A DNA stretch of 64,000 bases from Pseudomonas sp. (GTDB taxonomy: Bacteria; Pseudomonadota; Gammaproteobacteria; Pseudomonadales; Pseudomonadaceae). Positions 47,698 to 61,444 of this stretch are shown piece by piece. Each line of letters opens with the position of its first letter. The first letter of the stretch is position 1. The position numbers were made by a program, and so were the translations under genes. The DNA is taken from assembly GCF_035512415.1 (NCBI RefSeq), contig NZ_DATKDZ010000022.1, positions 12,003 to 76,002 of the forward strand, given 5' to 3'. The notes under the pieces were generated by a model, which worked only from the letters and a program-made list of their open reading frames with translations, made no database searches and was not told the origin of the DNA.

Positions 47698-48057
47698 ATG
47701 AGCAAATCCCTGCTGATTATCAGCCGTCAACCGCCCTGGTCTGGCCCAACAGCCCGCGAAGCCCTGGATATCGCCCTGGCCGGCGGAGCCTTCGACCTGC
47801 CGATCGGCATGCTGTTTCTCGATGACGGAGTGTTTCAACTGAGCACGGCCCAGCAGCCCGCGACCCTGCAGCAGAAGGATCTCGGTGCCAATCTGCAGGC
47901 GCTGCCGATGTTCGGCGTGGAGTCACTCTACGCCTCGACCCGCAGCCTGCAGGAACGCGGCCTTGAGCAACAGAAGCTGCACCTGGCCGTTGAACTGCTG
48001 GATGACGCCGGCCTGACGGCGCTTGTCGCCCGCTACGATCAGGTGATAACCCTCTGA
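47698..48057 (+). CDS. tusC: sulfurtransferase complex subunit TusC (DsrF family)
   Basis: MSKSLLIISRQPPWSGPTAREALDIALA..., starting 2 nt after the tusD stop. Confidence 0.85.
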   Translation: MSKSLLIISRQPPWSGPTAREALDIALAGGAFDLPIGMLFLDDGVFQLSTAQQPATLQQKDLGANLQALPMFGVESLYASTRSLQERGLEQQKLHLAVELLDDAGLTALVARYDQVITL

Positions 48058-48356
48058 TGACGACCCTGCATATGCTTTCCCATTCGCCCTTCAGCGATAG
48101 CCGTCTGAGCAGCTGCTTGCGCCTGCTTGGCCCCGGCGACGGCCTGCTGTTGTGTGGCGATGCCGTCTATGCCTTGCAACCGGGCAGCGCCCAGTGCCAG
48201 GCCCTGGAACTGATGCCCGAAAGCATTGGCCTGTTCGCCCTGGACGAAGACCTCAGCGCCCGCGCCATCACCGGCCCGCAACGCCTGCAGGCCGTCGACT
48301 ACCCGGGCCTGGTGGAACTCAGCTGCCGTTTCGACAAGGTCAATAGCTGGCTATGA
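48057..48356 (+). CDS. tusB: sulfurtransferase complex subunit TusB (DsrH family)
   Basis: MTTLHMLSHSPFSD...LLLCGDAVYAL, with a TGATG overlap with tusC. Confidence 0.8.
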   Translation: MTTLHMLSHSPFSDSRLSSCLRLLGPGDGLLLCGDAVYALQPGSAQCQALELMPESIGLFALDEDLSARAITGPQRLQAVDYPGLVELSCRFDKVNSWL

Positions 48357-48688
48357 GCACCCTGGAGATCGACAACCACCACATTGCCCTGGACAAGGAC
48401 GGCTACCTGCTCGACCTGGCCGACTGGTCGCCGGCGGTGGCTGAAGCCCTGGCCTGTCAGGAGCAGATCAGCCTGAGCGACGAACACTGGGAGATACTGC
48501 ATCTGCTGCGCGACTTCTACGCCGAGTTCCAGCTGGCCCCGGCCAATCGCCCACTGATCAAATACGCCGCCCTCAAACTCGGCCCGAGCAAGGGCAACAG
48601 CCTGCACCTCAACCAGTTATTCAAAGGCACTCCCGCCAAACTTGCCGCCAAGCTGGCGGGCCTGCCCAAGCCGACCAATTGCCTATGA
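48353..48688 (+). CDS. tusE: sulfurtransferase TusE (DsrC family, single C-terminal Cys type)
   Basis: The C-terminus ...AGLPKPTNCL has the single Cys at the second-to-last residue (C, then terminal L). There is no second Cys about 10 residues upstream, so it is TusE-type rather than DsrC-type. ATGA overlap with tusB. Confidence 0.85.
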   Translation: MSTLEIDNHHIALDKDGYLLDLADWSPAVAEALACQEQISLSDEHWEILHLLRDFYAEFQLAPANRPLIKYAALKLGPSKGNSLHLNQLFKGTPAKLAAKLAGLPKPTNCL

Positions 48689-49668
48689 ACCTCAGCACTC
48701 CAGCAGAACACCCCTTCGCCCAGTTCGTGCGCATCCTCGGCAAGGGCAAGCGCGGCGCGCGCAACCTGACCCGCGAAGAAGCCCGCGAAGCCATGGGCAT
48801 GCTGCTCGATGACAAAGCCGAAGACAGCCAGCTGGGAGCCTTTCTGATGCTGCTGCGGCACAAGGAAGAAAGCGCCGAGGAAATGGCCGGCTTTGCCGAA
48901 GCAGTGCGCGAGCGCCTGCAAGTACCGAGCTTGCAGATCGACCTGGACTGGCCAAGCTATGCCGGCAAGAAGCGCCATCTGCCCTGGTTTCTGCTCGCCG
49001 CCAAGGCCCTGGCCAATAGCGGCGTCAAAATTCTTCTGCATGGCGGCGGTGCCCATACCGCCGGGCGCATGTACAGCGAACAGCTGCTCGAACAACTGCA
49101 GATCCCGCTATGCCGCAATTGGCGCGACGTGGAGCAGGCGATAAACACCCAGCACCTGGCCTTTATCCCCCTGGGCGACTGGATGCCACAGCTGCAGAAG
49201 ATGATCGACCTGCGCAATATCCTTGGCCTGCGCTCCCCGATTCACTCGCTAACGCGCATCCTCAATCCGCTGAGCGCGCGCTGCGGCCTGCAGAGCATCT
49301 TCCACCCCGGCTATCAGGCGGTGCACCGCGAGGCCAGCCAGTTGCTCGGCGATAGCGCCATAGTGATCAAGGGCGAAGGTGGCGAGATCGAAATCAACCC
49401 GGATGCCACCAGCCACCTCTATGGCACGGCCAATGGCGAGAACTGGGATGAAGACTGGCCGGCACTGGCCGCTCAGCGCCACGTCAAGCCGCAGTCGCTG
49501 GACCCCGCCCACCTGACGGCCTTCTGGCGCGGTGAAACCAGCGATGATTACGGCCAGCTGGCCGTGCTAAGCACCATGGCCCTGGCCCTGCGCGGCCTGG
49601 GGCTTACTCGCGAGGATGCCCTGCAGCAGGCGCAGCAGCGCTGGGATGCGCGTCTTATATCGAATTAG
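48685..49668 (+). CDS. TrpD2/YbiB-like protein (anthranilate phosphoribosyltransferase fold, glycosyl transferase family 3 N-terminal helical bundle)
   Basis: FAQFVRILGKGKRGARNLTREEAREAMGMLLDDKAEDSQLGAFLMLLRHKEES matches the family 3 helical-bundle N-domain. The ATG at 48685 forms an ATGA overlap with the tusE stop. Confidence 0.7.
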   Translation: MNLSTPAEHPFAQFVRILGKGKRGARNLTREEAREAMGMLLDDKAEDSQLGAFLMLLRHKEESAEEMAGFAEAVRERLQVPSLQIDLDWPSYAGKKRHLPWFLLAAKALANSGVKILLHGGGAHTAGRMYSEQLLEQLQIPLCRNWRDVEQAINTQHLAFIPLGDWMPQLQKMIDLRNILGLRSPIHSLTRILNPLSARCGLQSIFHPGYQAVHREASQLLGDSAIVIKGEGGEIEINPDATSHLYGTANGENWDEDWPALAAQRHVKPQSLDPAHLTAFWRGETSDDYGQLAVLSTMALALRGLGLTREDALQQAQQRWDARLISN

Positions 49669-49755
49669 TGAATATACCAGGGCAACTTTTTCCGCCTTTC
49701 TATCGATTCAAACCAGTTAGACTGATTGCCTCAGTGCACGCCAGAGGAATCGACT

Positions 49756-50754
49756 ATGGGCTTGTTGATCGAAGGACGCTGGCATGACCAGTGGTACGAC
49801 ACCGCCGCAGACGGCCGCTTCCAGCGCGAAAACGCCCAGCGCCGTCACTGGATCACGACCGATGGCAGCCCTGGCCCCAGCGGTGAAGGCAACTTCAAGG
49901 CAGAGGCCGGGCGCTACCACCTGTATGTCTCCCTCGCCTGCCCCTGGGCCCACCGCACCCTGATTCTGCGCCAACTCAAGGGCCTGGATAAGTTGATCGA
50001 TGTATCGGTCGTCAGCTGGCTGATGGCCGAGCACGGCTGGACATTCGACCAAAGCCACGGCTCCACCGGCGACTCTCTGGGTGGCTTCGAGTACCTGCAT
50101 CAGCGCTACAGCGCCGACGACGCCCAGTACAGCGGACGGGTAACCGTGCCCCTGCTATGGGACAAACAGCAGCAACGCATCGTCAGCAATGAGTCCGCGG
50201 AAATCATCCGCATGTTCAACTCGGCTTTCGACGAGCTGACCGGCAATACCCTGGATTTCTACCCGACCGCCCTGCGAGGCGAGATCGAAGCGCTCAACCA
50301 GCGCATCTATCCCGCCATCAATAACGGGGTGTACCGCGCCGGTTTCGCCACCACCCAGGCCGCCTACGAGGAAGCCTTTATCGAGCTGTTCGCCGAACTG
50401 GACGCACTGGAAACACGGCTCGGCGAACAACGCTACCTAACCGGCGAATACCTGACAGAAGCCGACTGGCGGTTATTTACCAGCCTGATCCGCTTCGATG
50501 CCGTGTATTACGGCCACTTCAAGTGCAACCTGCGGCGTATTGAGGATTACCCGCAGCTCTCCAACTGGCTACGCGAGCTGTACCAATGGCCCGGCGTGGC
50601 GCAGACGGTAAACCTGCAGCACATCAAGCAGCATTACTACGGCAGCCACCGCAATCTCAACCCCAGCGGCATAGTGCCAAGCGGTCCGGCTCTGGACTTT
50701 GACCGCCCGCATGATCGCGCCCGCCTACCGGGCAAAGGCGTTGTGCGGCGCTAA
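49756..50754 (+). CDS. yqjG: glutathionyl-hydroquinone reductase (Xi-class GST, YqjG-like)
   Basis: Xi-class active-site motif CPWAHR (YVSLACPWAHRTLI). The start is at MGLLIEGRW with GAGGAA upstream. Confidence 0.85.
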   Translation: MGLLIEGRWHDQWYDTAADGRFQRENAQRRHWITTDGSPGPSGEGNFKAEAGRYHLYVSLACPWAHRTLILRQLKGLDKLIDVSVVSWLMAEHGWTFDQSHGSTGDSLGGFEYLHQRYSADDAQYSGRVTVPLLWDKQQQRIVSNESAEIIRMFNSAFDELTGNTLDFYPTALRGEIEALNQRIYPAINNGVYRAGFATTQAAYEEAFIELFAELDALETRLGEQRYLTGEYLTEADWRLFTSLIRFDAVYYGHFKCNLRRIEDYPQLSNWLRELYQWPGVAQTVNLQHIKQHYYGSHRNLNPSGIVPSGPALDFDRPHDRARLPGKGVVRR

Positions 50755-50778
50755 ACGGCGCTCGTCAGACAGGCAGAA

Positions 50779-52167
50779 TCAGACGCCAGCTTGAGCGCCT
50801 TCGAACCAGGCCAGTTTTTCCCGCAACTGCACCACCTCGCCGACGATCACCAGGGTTGGCGCGTGCACCTCATGCTCGGCCACCAGTTGCGGAAGATTCG
50901 CCAAAGTGCCGGTAAACACCCGCTGGTTCTGCGTGGTGCCCTGCTGGATCAGCGCGGCCGGGGTCTCAGCGGCGCGTCCATGGGCAATCAGTTGCTGGCA
51001 AATCATCGGCAAGCCGACCAGGCCCATATAGAACACCAGGGTCTGGCTGGCAGCGGTGAGTTCCGCCCAGGGTAAATCGCAGCTGCCGTCCTTGAGGTGG
51101 CCGGTGACGAAGCGAACCGACTGCGCATGGTCGCGGTGGGTCAGCGGAATCCCGGCATAGGCGGCGCAGCCAGAGGCCGCAGTAATGCCCGGCACCACCT
51201 GAAAGGGAATGCCGTGGGCCGCCAGCTCTTCGATTTCCTCACCGCCGCGACCGAAGATAAAGGGGTCGCCGCCCTTCAGACGCAGCACGCGCTTGCCTTC
51301 TTTGGCCAGGCTGACCAGGCGTTGATTGATCTGTTCCTGGGGCAGTGCATGCGCCGAACGCTGCTTACCGACATAGATACGCTCGGCATCACGGCGGCAC
51401 AGCTCGATGATGGCCGGTGCCACCAGGCGGTCGTAGAGCACCACATCGGCCTGCTGCATCAGGCGCAAGGCGCGGAAGGTCAGCAGATCCGGATCGCCCG
51501 GCCCGGCCCCCACCAGATACACCTCACCCAAGGCGCGCGGTGCAATACCGGCGATCTTTTCCTCGAGCAGGCGCTCGCCTTCCTGCTGCTTACCGGCGAA
51601 CACGCTTTCGGCGATCTGACCCTGGAACACGTCTTCCCAGAACACCCGGCGTTGCTGCACATCGGGAAACAAGCCTTTGACCTGAGCGCGAAAACGCTTG
51701 GCCAGGCCGGCCAGCTGACCGTAGGTGGCGGGAATCCAGGTCTCGATCTTGGCGCGAATCAGGCGTGCCAGCACCGGCGCGTCGCCACCACTGGTGACGG
51801 CGATGATCAGCGGCGAGCGGTCGACGATGGCCGGGAAGATCACGCTGCACAGCTTCGGCGCATCCACCACATTGACCGGCAGCCCCAAAGCCTGGGCCTG
51901 GCGAGAAATCTCGGCATTCAGCGGCTCGTCGTCGGTGGCGGCGATGATCAGTGCCACCCCCTGCAAGTCTTCCGGCTGGTAACCACGCAGGAAAAACCCG
52001 CCGTCGCCGGCCAGGCTCTGCAGCTCGGCCCGAACCTCGGGGGCGACCACCCGCAGACGCGCCCCGGCATCGACCAGCAGACGCGCCTTGCGCAACGCCA
52101 CTTCGCCACCGCCGACCACCAGCACCAGGCGATCCTGCAATTTATGGAACAGGGGAAGGAAGTCCAT
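50779..52167 (-). CDS. cysG: siroheme synthase (precorrin-2 dehydrogenase/ferrochelatase plus uroporphyrinogen-III C-methyltransferase)
   Basis: N-terminal Rossmann fold ([13 protein letters not shown]) and C-terminal SUMT domain ([18 protein letters not shown]...[13 protein letters not shown]). Confidence 0.93.
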   Translation of the reverse strand: MDFLPLFHKLQDRLVLVVGGGEVALRKARLLVDAGARLRVVAPEVRAELQSLAGDGGFFLRGYQPEDLQGVALIIAATDDEPLNAEISRQAQALGLPVNVVDAPKLCSVIFPAIVDRSPLIIAVTSGGDAPVLARLIRAKIETWIPATYGQLAGLAKRFRAQVKGLFPDVQQRRVFWEDVFQGQIAESVFAGKQQEGERLLEEKIAGIAPRALGEVYLVGAGPGDPDLLTFRALRLMQQADVVLYDRLVAPAIIELCRRDAERIYVGKQRSAHALPQEQINQRLVSLAKEGKRVLRLKGGDPFIFGRGGEEIEELAAHGIPFQVVPGITAASGCAAYAGIPLTHRDHAQSVRFVTGHLKDGSCDLPWAELTAASQTLVFYMGLVGLPMICQQLIAHGRAAETPAALIQQGTTQNQRVFTGTLANLPQLVAEHEVHAPTLVIVGEVVQLREKLAWFEGAQAGV

Positions 52168-52187
52168 GGGTCAATCTCGCCAGAGGT

Positions 52188-52217
52188 AAAAAAACGGGGC
52201 GGCCATCGCCACCCCGT
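52188..52217 (-). terminator. serS terminator (ACGGGGUGG...CCGCCCCGU then UUUUUUU)
   Basis: GC stem with one G-U pair followed by a 7-U tail, 22 nt after the serS stop. Confidence 0.8.
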
Positions 52218-52238
52218 ATTGTGCAGCCGAATTGCCTG

Positions 52239-53528
<1,290 letters not shown>

Positions 53529-53643
53529 TCAACACATCACAAGGGTTTGCATGGCCTTGGCCATGACGCGCAATGCCGCGCAATGCCGCGCAGTTTAAGG
53601 CTTTAACAGGGTTGGGTGCCACACCACGCGTTAGCTGGCGCGG

Positions 53644-54024
53644 CTACTGGTAGAGACGCGCCAGGGCAAATCCGCCCCAGACGGCGAGCACGCCGCCGAT
53701 CACGCTGCACAGCAGGTAGGCAAAGGCTTCATTGTGGCGGCCACCTTCAAACAGCTTGAGCAGCTCAAGGCTGAAGGAGGAAAAGGTGGTAAAGCCGCCG
53801 AGCAGGCCGATGATCAGGCCGCTACGCAATTCGATTGGCAGGTCGCTGCGCAGCAGAAACAGGCCGGACAACAGACCGATCAGCAGGCAGCCGACAATAT
53901 TGACGGTGAAGGTGCCCAGGTAGAAATGTCGTGGCCACTGCGCCACCACCCAGCTGGCGGTAAGAAAGCGCAGCACAGAACCCACAGCACCACCGAGCGC
54001 AACCGCCATGGCCACGCGAATCAT
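53644..54024 (-). CDS. crcB: fluoride ion channel CrcB/Fluc
   Basis: 126 aa, four TM helices, motifs GAVGSVLRF and [16 protein letters not shown] overlap with the rarA stop. Confidence 0.9.
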   Translation of the reverse strand: MIRVAMAVALGGAVGSVLRFLTASWVVAQWPRHFYLGTFTVNIVGCLLIGLLSGLFLLRSDLPIELRSGLIIGLLGGFTTFSSFSLELLKLFEGGRHNEAFAYLLCSVIGGVLAVWGGFALARLYQ

Positions 54025-55346
54025 GGTTTTCTCCGCTGGCGAGGGCTGTTGCGGTCCTGGTTTTTCAAGTGCTGCAGCTTGTCGCGAATCTTCAGCTCCA
54101 GACCACGCGGCACCGGTTGGTAGTACTCGCGTGGCTCGAAGGTGTCGGGAAAGTAATCCTCGCCTGCCGCATAGGCATCGGGCTCATCGTGGGCGTAGCG
54201 GTATTCGTCGCCATAGCCCAGCTCCTTCAGAAGCTTGGTCGGGGCGTTGCGCAGATGCAGCGGGACTTCCTGCGAGCCATGTTCGGCGGCATCGCGCATG
54301 GCGGCATTGAAGGCGTTGTAGACCGCATTGCTTTTCGGCGCGCAGGCCAGATAGACAATCGCCTGGGCCACGGCCAGCTCGCCCTCGGGACTGCCCAGGC
54401 GCTCCTGCACATCCCAGGCGTTAAGACACAGAGTCAGCGCCCGCGGGTCGGCATTGCCGATGTCTTCGCTGGCCATGCGCACCACGCGTCGGGCGATATA
54501 CAGCGGATCACAGCCACCATCGAGCATGCGCGCAAACCAGTACAGCGCACCGTCCGGGCTGGAGCCGCGCACGGATTTGTGCAGCGCCGATATCTGGTCG
54601 TAGAAGGCTTCGCCGCCCTTGTCGAAGCGCCGACGGGTATCGCCAAGCAGATTGAGCAGCAGTTCGCTACCGATCTCGCTGCCGTCTTCGGCCAGGTCGG
54701 CGGCGTTTTCCAGAAAATTGAGCAAGCGCCGGCCGTCACCATCGGCGGCGGCCTGGAGAATCTTGAAGCTTTCTTCCGGCAGGGTCAGCTGGCGTTCGCC
54801 CAGGCCTTTCGGGTCGCTCAAGGCGCGATCGACCAGCTTGCGCAGCGCGGTCTCATCCAGGCTTTTCAGCACGTACACGCGAGCCCGTGAGAGCAAGGCG
54901 TTGTTCAGCTCGAAAGAAGGATTTTCCGTGGTGGCACCGATAAAGATCAGCGTGCCGTCTTCCACGTAGGGCAAGAAGGCATCCTGCTGCGACTTGTTGA
55001 AGCGGTGCACTTCATCGACAAACAGGATGGTCTGGCGGCCATATTGCGCGGCGTGTTGCTGCGCCACTTCCACGGCCTGACGAATCTCCTTGACCCCGGA
55101 GAGCACCGCAGAAATCGTCTCGAAATGCGCATCGGAGACTTGCGCCAGCAGCCGCGCCAGGGTGGTCTTGCCGACGCCTGGCGGGCCCCAGAAGATCATC
55201 GAGTGCAGTGCACCCTGCTCCAGGGCTTCGCGCAACGGCTTGCCGCGCGCCAGCAAGTGCTCCTGACCGACATACTCGTCCAGGCTGGCAGCGCGCAGGC
55301 GGGCGGCCAGCGGCTGGGCAACGGGAGCCTTGCGAAACAGATCCAT
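54021..55346 (-). CDS. rarA: replication-associated recombination protein A (MgsA/RarA AAA+ ATPase)
   Basis: Walker [10 protein letters not shown], Walker [13 protein letters not shown], MgsA C-terminal domain. Confidence 0.93.
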   Translation of the reverse strand: MDLFRKAPVAQPLAARLRAASLDEYVGQEHLLARGKPLREALEQGALHSMIFWGPPGVGKTTLARLLAQVSDAHFETISAVLSGVKEIRQAVEVAQQHAAQYGRQTILFVDEVHRFNKSQQDAFLPYVEDGTLIFIGATTENPSFELNNALLSRARVYVLKSLDETALRKLVDRALSDPKGLGERQLTLPEESFKILQAAADGDGRRLLNFLENAADLAEDGSEIGSELLLNLLGDTRRRFDKGGEAFYDQISALHKSVRGSSPDGALYWFARMLDGGCDPLYIARRVVRMASEDIGNADPRALTLCLNAWDVQERLGSPEGELAVAQAIVYLACAPKSNAVYNAFNAAMRDAAEHGSQEVPLHLRNAPTKLLKELGYGDEYRYAHDEPDAYAAGEDYFPDTFEPREYYQPVPRGLELKIRDKLQHLKNQDRNSPRQRRKP

Positions 55347-55378
55347 GACGGGGTTAAAGCCTCTTGCTGTAGGGCGCT

Positions 55379-56005
55379 CTACTCTTGAATCACGTCCGCG
55401 CCTTCGGGAACATCGAAGGTGAACAGGCCGTCATCCAGCGCCTCATTCATCTTCACCCCGAGGAACAGGATATTGGTGCGCTGACCGATGCTGTCGATCA
55501 GCTGCATATCGTTGAGCACCTTGTTGCGGAACGACAGACGCAGGCTGTCGAACAGGCTGTCCTTGGATTTTGGCTTGAGAATGAAATCGACCACATTGCC
55601 ACTTTCGCTGTGGCTGATCTCGAAGTTCTCGCTGATCTTCGACACGTCACCGGACAACAGCAGGGCCGGGGTGTGGGTCAGGCGCTGATCCAGGGTCTGG
55701 ATGGTGACCTGCTCAAGATCCGGGTCATACAGCCAGACTTTTTCGCCATTGGAGACCAGCAGCTGCTCCATCGGCGCATCGGTGTGCCAGCGGAACAGGC
55801 CAGGGCGCTTGAGCGCCAGCTGGCCGGCGGTTTCCTGCAACTGGGTGCCGCTGCCGTCCAGGGTCAGCTGGGAAAAGCGCGCACTGATGGTTTGCGCCTG
55901 GTTGAGCAACTCGGTCAGACGCTGCACGGCAAGCGAATCGTCGGCCACGGCGGCCACACTGGAAAAACTCAAAACTGTCAGCAACAACATGCGAATCAGG
56001 CGCAT
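55379..56005 (-). CDS. lolA: outer-membrane lipoprotein carrier protein LolA
   Basis: Signal peptide [21 protein letters not shown] plus LolA fold. The start is at ATG 56005 with AAGGAG 5 nt upstream; the ORF-track TTG at 56020 is less likely. Confidence 0.9.
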   Translation of the reverse strand: MRLIRMLLLTVLSFSSVAAVADDSLAVQRLTELLNQAQTISARFSQLTLDGSGTQLQETAGQLALKRPGLFRWHTDAPMEQLLVSNGEKVWLYDPDLEQVTIQTLDQRLTHTPALLLSGDVSKISENFEISHSESGNVVDFILKPKSKDSLFDSLRLSFRNKVLNDMQLIDSIGQRTNILFLGVKMNEALDDGLFTFDVPEGADVIQE

Positions 56006-56034
56006 GGGACTCCTTATCAACAGGGATTGAAGCG

Positions 56035-58440
56035 TTAATCGCGATTGGGGCCTGGAGCTATGACCTCACGGGAGCCATTGGTGTTCATTGAGGTCACCAC
56101 ACCGGCCATCTCCATGGCTTCGATCATTCGCGCGGCGCGGTTATAGCCGATCTTCAGCTTGCGCTGCACCGAGGAAATTGACGCGCGGCGGCTTTCCAGA
56201 ACGAAATTGACCGCTTCGTCATAGAGCGGGTCCGCCTCGCTGTCTTCACTGCCGCCTTCACCGCTGCTGCCATCGAAGCCGCTGCCGGCTTCTTCGACAC
56301 CGGCCAGGATATCTTCGATGTAATCCGGCGTGCCGCGCTGCTTCCAGGCCTCGACCACGCGATGCACTTCCTCGTCGGAAACGAAGGCACCGTGCACGCG
56401 AATCGGCAAACCGGTGCCCGGCGGCATATAGAGCATGTCGCCATGGCCGAGCAGCTGTTCGGCACCGCCCTGATCGAGGATGGTGCGCGAGTCGATCTTG
56501 CTCGATACCTGGAAGGCCATACGGGTCGGGATATTGGCCTTGATCAGGCCGGTAATCACGTCCACCGACGGCCGCTGGGTCGCGAGAATCAGGTGGATAC
56601 CCGCCGCACGGGCCTTCTGCGCGATACGTGCGATCAGCTCTTCGACCTTCTTGCCGACGATCATCATCATGTCGGCGAATTCGTCGACCACCACTACGAT
56701 GGTCGGCAGGGTTTTCAGCAGCGGCGCTTCGTCGTGCATGCTTTCGCGCTTGTACAGCGGGTCAGAGAGCGGCTCGCCGGCCTCTTCGGCATCCTTGACC
56801 TTGCGGTTGAAGCCGGCCAGGTTGCGCACGCCCATCTTCGACATCAGCTTGTAACGCCGCTCCATCTCGGCCACCGACCAGCGCAGGGCGTTGGCGGCCT
56901 CCTTCATGTCGGTCACCACCGGGCAGAGCAGGTGCGGAATGCCTTCGTAGATCGACAGTTCGAGCATCTTCGGGTCGATCATGATCAACCGCGCCTCTTC
57001 CGGCGTGGATTTGAACAGGATCGACAGGATCATCGCGTTAACCCCCACCGACTTACCGGAACCGGTGGTACCGGCGACCAGCAGGTGTGGCATGCGCGCC
57101 AGGTCGGTAATCACCGGCTTGCCGCCAATATCATGGCCCAGGGCCAGGGTCACCGGCGACTTGGCATCATCATACTCGGGCGACGACAGCACCTCAGAGA
57201 AGCGCACGATCTGCCTGTCTTCGTTGGGGATTTCGATACCGACGGTGGTCTTGCCCGGGATCACTTCCACCACCCGCACGCTGATCACCGCCAGCGAGCG
57301 CGCCAGGTCCTTGGCCAGGTTGGAGATACGGCTGACCTTGACCCCGGCGGCCGGCTGAATCTCGAAGCGGGTGATCACCGGCCCCGGATGCACGGACTCG
57401 ACGATGACCTCGACACCAAACTCCTTGAGTTTGATCTCCACCAGCCGCGACATGGCCTCCAGGGACTCGGGGGAATACTTCTTCTGGATCTTTTCCGCCA
57501 CATCGAGAATCGAGATAGGCGGCAGACTGCCGGCCAGGGCGCTGTCTTCGAACAGATTGACCTGTTTCTCTTTCAGCACTCGCTTGCTCGGCTCGGCCGC
57601 CTTGGGCGCGGCCGGCGGGGTGATTTGCGGAGCCGGGCGATTGACTCGCTCGCTCATATGTTTGCTCAGCGATTCCTCGCGCTCGATCAAGCGTTCCTTG
57701 ACCCGGGCCTGCTCGCGGCGATCAAGCACGATGGGGGCAGACACCTCGGTGACGCGCTCATCAACCTCGCGCAACTGGGCGACCAGCTGTTTGCGCTCGA
57801 CCCGGGCATTCCACCAGCGATTGCTCAGGCCCTGGATCAGCTCGAACAGGTCCAGGGTGATCTTGCCGGTCAGATCCATCACCTTGAACCAGGACAGGTC
57901 GGTAAATACGGTCAGACCGAAGAGAAACAGCGCGATAAACAGCAGGGTACTGCCCTGTATGTTGAGCGCAGCAGTGGCCAGCTCTCCGATACTTTCACCT
58001 AGAGCGCCACCGGCAGAGGCCGGCATGGAGGTGTTTGCATCAAAATGGATATAAGCCAGCGCAGCGCCCGAAAGCACCAGGAACACCAGGCCGATCAGGC
58101 GCCAGGAGAACAGCCAGCCGCTCCACTGCCAGGGCTGATGACGGGCGCGGAACACCTGCAGGGTCTTTACCCCCAGCAACAGCGGGAACAGGTAGGCGAA
58201 GTAACCCAGGGCCATAAACAGGATATCGGCGAACCAGGCACCGGCACGCCCGGCGGCATTGTGCACCTGCTCGACATTGCTGGTATGGGTCCAGCCTGGG
58301 TCGGCCGCATCGTAGGTCAGCAGCGCCATCCACAGGTAAAGGCAGAGTGCACCCAGGCCGATCAGCGCCCCCTCCTTGAGTCGGTAAGGCAATTGCTGAC
58401 GCCAGACGGGGGCTTGTGCGGTTGGGCTAGAGTTCTTCAA
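56035..58440 (-). CDS. ftsK: DNA translocase FtsK
   Basis: N-terminal TM helices, motor domain with Walker [10 protein letters not shown]-terminal gamma wHTH ([20 protein letters not shown]). The proposed TTG start at 58440 gives 801 aa. The exact start is uncertain; the ORF-track start at 58701 overlaps the trxB 5' end. Confidence 0.9.
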   Translation of the reverse strand: MKNSSPTAQAPVWRQQLPYRLKEGALIGLGALCLYLWMALLTYDAADPGWTHTSNVEQVHNAAGRAGAWFADILFMALGYFAYLFPLLLGVKTLQVFRARHQPWQWSGWLFSWRLIGLVFLVLSGAALAYIHFDANTSMPASAGGALGESIGELATAALNIQGSTLLFIALFLFGLTVFTDLSWFKVMDLTGKITLDLFELIQGLSNRWWNARVERKQLVAQLREVDERVTEVSAPIVLDRREQARVKERLIEREESLSKHMSERVNRPAPQITPPAAPKAAEPSKRVLKEKQVNLFEDSALAGSLPPISILDVAEKIQKKYSPESLEAMSRLVEIKLKEFGVEVIVESVHPGPVITRFEIQPAAGVKVSRISNLAKDLARSLAVISVRVVEVIPGKTTVGIEIPNEDRQIVRFSEVLSSPEYDDAKSPVTLALGHDIGGKPVITDLARMPHLLVAGTTGSGKSVGVNAMILSILFKSTPEEARLIMIDPKMLELSIYEGIPHLLCPVVTDMKEAANALRWSVAEMERRYKLMSKMGVRNLAGFNRKVKDAEEAGEPLSDPLYKRESMHDEAPLLKTLPTIVVVVDEFADMMMIVGKKVEELIARIAQKARAAGIHLILATQRPSVDVITGLIKANIPTRMAFQVSSKIDSRTILDQGGAEQLLGHGDMLYMPPGTGLPIRVHGAFVSDEEVHRVVEAWKQRGTPDYIEDILAGVEEAGSGFDGSSGEGGSEDSEADPLYDEAVNFVLESRRASISSVQRKLKIGYNRAARMIEAMEMAGVVTSMNTNGSREVIAPGPNRD

Positions 58441-58660
58441 AACGCATCTGTTCCTGCGCCGGGGCGCCGAATAATTGGTTAAAGGCGGAGCAAGCGCCGA
58501 TTGTACGGGTTTAGCCGCGCCGTGCCACGCAATCGCCCGCGGCAATTGGGCAACGGCGCTCGACTCCCGCTCGCCACCTGCTTCGGTGTAGCATATCCGC
58601 CAACATCTTCCGTGCGGCTCAATTGGAGCATGCATTCTCTTTTGTGACAAAGGCTTATGA

Positions 58661-59620
<960 letters not shown>

Positions 59621-59674
59621 TAGCCTTAAGGGCGGCCACTTAGCGACCGCCCTACCCTCCTCCGGCCGCGCCTC

Positions 59675-60355
59675 ATGCTGACCTGGCTACAACGCGATTC
59701 ACTGGATTTTCCGCCCCTCGACAAGGCGCTGCGCGATCCCAACGGACTGCTCGCCGCCGGCGGCGACCTGAGCCCCGAACGCCTGATCCAGGCTTACCGC
59801 CACGGCTGCTTTCCCTGGTTTCAGGAAGGCCAGCCGATTCTCTGGTGGTCGCCTGACCCACGCACTGTTTTGCTTCCCGAAGAACTGCACCTCTCCCGCA
59901 GCCTCGCCAAGCTATTGCGCCAGGGCCGCTACCGAGTCACCTTCGACCAGGCCTTCACCGAGGTCATCCAGGCCTGCGCCGCACCGCGCAGTTACGCCGC
60001 GGACACCTGGATCACCACACCAATGCAAGCCGCCTACCTGGAGCTGCATAAGCGCGGCATCGCCCATTCAGTCGAGGTCTGGCAGGGCGAGGAAATGGTC
60101 GGCGGCCTCTACGGATTGGCCATGGGCCAGCTGTTTTTCGGCGAGTCGATGTTCAGTCGCGCCGACAATGCCTCCAAAGTGGGCTTTGCCACCCTGGTAC
60201 AACACCTCAAAGCCTGGGGCTTCGTGCTGATCGACTGCCAGATGCCGACACAGCACCTGCACAACTTCGGTGCCAGAGCCATCTCCCGCCAGCAGTTCGC
60301 CGCTTATCTGCGTCGCCATCTCGATCAGGCCAGTCAAGCCGACTGGGTTGCCTAG
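59675..60355 (+). CDS. aat: leucyl/phenylalanyl-tRNA--protein transferase
   Basis: [25 protein letters not shown]...WWSPDPR...ESMFS pattern; 226 aa. Confidence 0.9.
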   Translation: MLTWLQRDSLDFPPLDKALRDPNGLLAAGGDLSPERLIQAYRHGCFPWFQEGQPILWWSPDPRTVLLPEELHLSRSLAKLLRQGRYRVTFDQAFTEVIQACAAPRSYAADTWITTPMQAAYLELHKRGIAHSVEVWQGEEMVGGLYGLAMGQLFFGESMFSRADNASKVGFATLVQHLKAWGFVLIDCQMPTQHLHNFGARAISRQQFAAYLRRHLDQASQADWVA

Positions 60356-60409
60356 GCGAGTTTGCCTGCCTGGCATACACTTGAATAAGACTGATCCCGA
60401 GAGCCGATC

Positions 60410-61117
60410 ATGACCGAGCTGGCCCGCCTGAAGTTTTATGCCACTCAACCGCACCCGTGCAGCTACCTGCCCGATGAACAAGCCACCACCCTGTTCCTCG
60501 ACCCCAGCCAGCCCATGGACGCGGAGGTTTACGCTGAGCTTTCGGAAATGGGCTTTCGGCGCAGCGGCGAGCACCTCTATCGCCCGCACTGCCAGCGCTG
60601 CACCGCCTGCATGCCGGCACGTATCCCCGCAGCGCAGTTCATCCCCAATCGCCAGCAGCGGCGCATTCTCAAGCGCAACCAGGACCTTCAGGTACGCCCA
60701 GTGCGCCCAACTTTCACCGAAGAGTATTACAGCCTCTACGTGCGCTATATCGAGCAACGCCATGCCGATGGCGACATGTACCCGCCCAGCCGCGAACAAT
60801 TTTCGACCTTTCTCGTCCGTGACCTGGCATTTTCCCGCTTCTACGAGTTCCGCCACCAAGGCCGCCTGCTCGCCATCGCGGTCACCGACGTGCTGCCCAA
60901 CGGGCTTTCCGCGGTCTACACCTTCTACGATCCTAATGAGGAACGACGCAGCCTGGGCCGCTTCGCCATTCTCTGGCAAATCGCCGAAACCGCCCGCCTG
61001 GGCCTACACGCCGTCTACCTGGGTTACTGGATCAAGAACTGCCGCAAGATGAACTACAAGACCCAATATCGGCCGATTGAACTCTTCGTAAATCAACGTT
61101 GGGTCAGCCTTATCTGA
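60410..61117 (+). CDS. bpt: arginyl/leucyl-tRNA--protein transferase (bacterial Bpt/ATE-like)
   Basis: N-terminal Cys-rich ATE_N region (HPCSYLP...[13 protein letters not shown]) plus the ATE_C domain; adjacent to aat. Confidence 0.9.
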
Positions 61118-61217
61118 AGCCCTTGGCGCAAACCCCAATTTTCGGGCACAATGCACGCCGCTTTTGCCTGGCGCCAGTTGCACCGGGCCATTCATTGGAT
61201 ACCGAGGGCTTTACTGC

Positions 61218-61436
61218 ATGTCGAAAGAAGACAGCTTCGAAATGGAAGGCACTGTCGTCGACACCCTGCCCAACACCATGTTCCGTGTGGAGTTGGAAAA
61301 TGGGCACGTCGTTACCGCGCACATCTCCGGAAAGATGCGCAAGAACTACATCCGCATTCTGACTGGTGACAAGGTTCGCGTTGAGCTGACACCTTATGAC
61401 CTGAGCAAGGGTCGTATCACCTACCGCGCCCGTTAA
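61218..61436 (+). CDS. infA: translation initiation factor IF-1
   Basis: [72 protein letters not shown]; 72 aa. The ORF-track start at 61164 is an upstream extension. Confidence 0.97.
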
Positions 61437-61444
61437 TCACGCAG

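Noticed and set aside
53568-53592. Tandem GCGCAATGCC x2.5 plus the nearby palindrome CATGGCCTTGGCCATG in the crcB-serS spacer; considered as a CRISPR or VNTR seed
   Set aside because: There are only 2.5 copies of a 10-mer with no spacers, so it is too short for any array. It is most likely a slippage duplication in the serS promoter region. No CRISPR-like arrays occur anywhere in the window.
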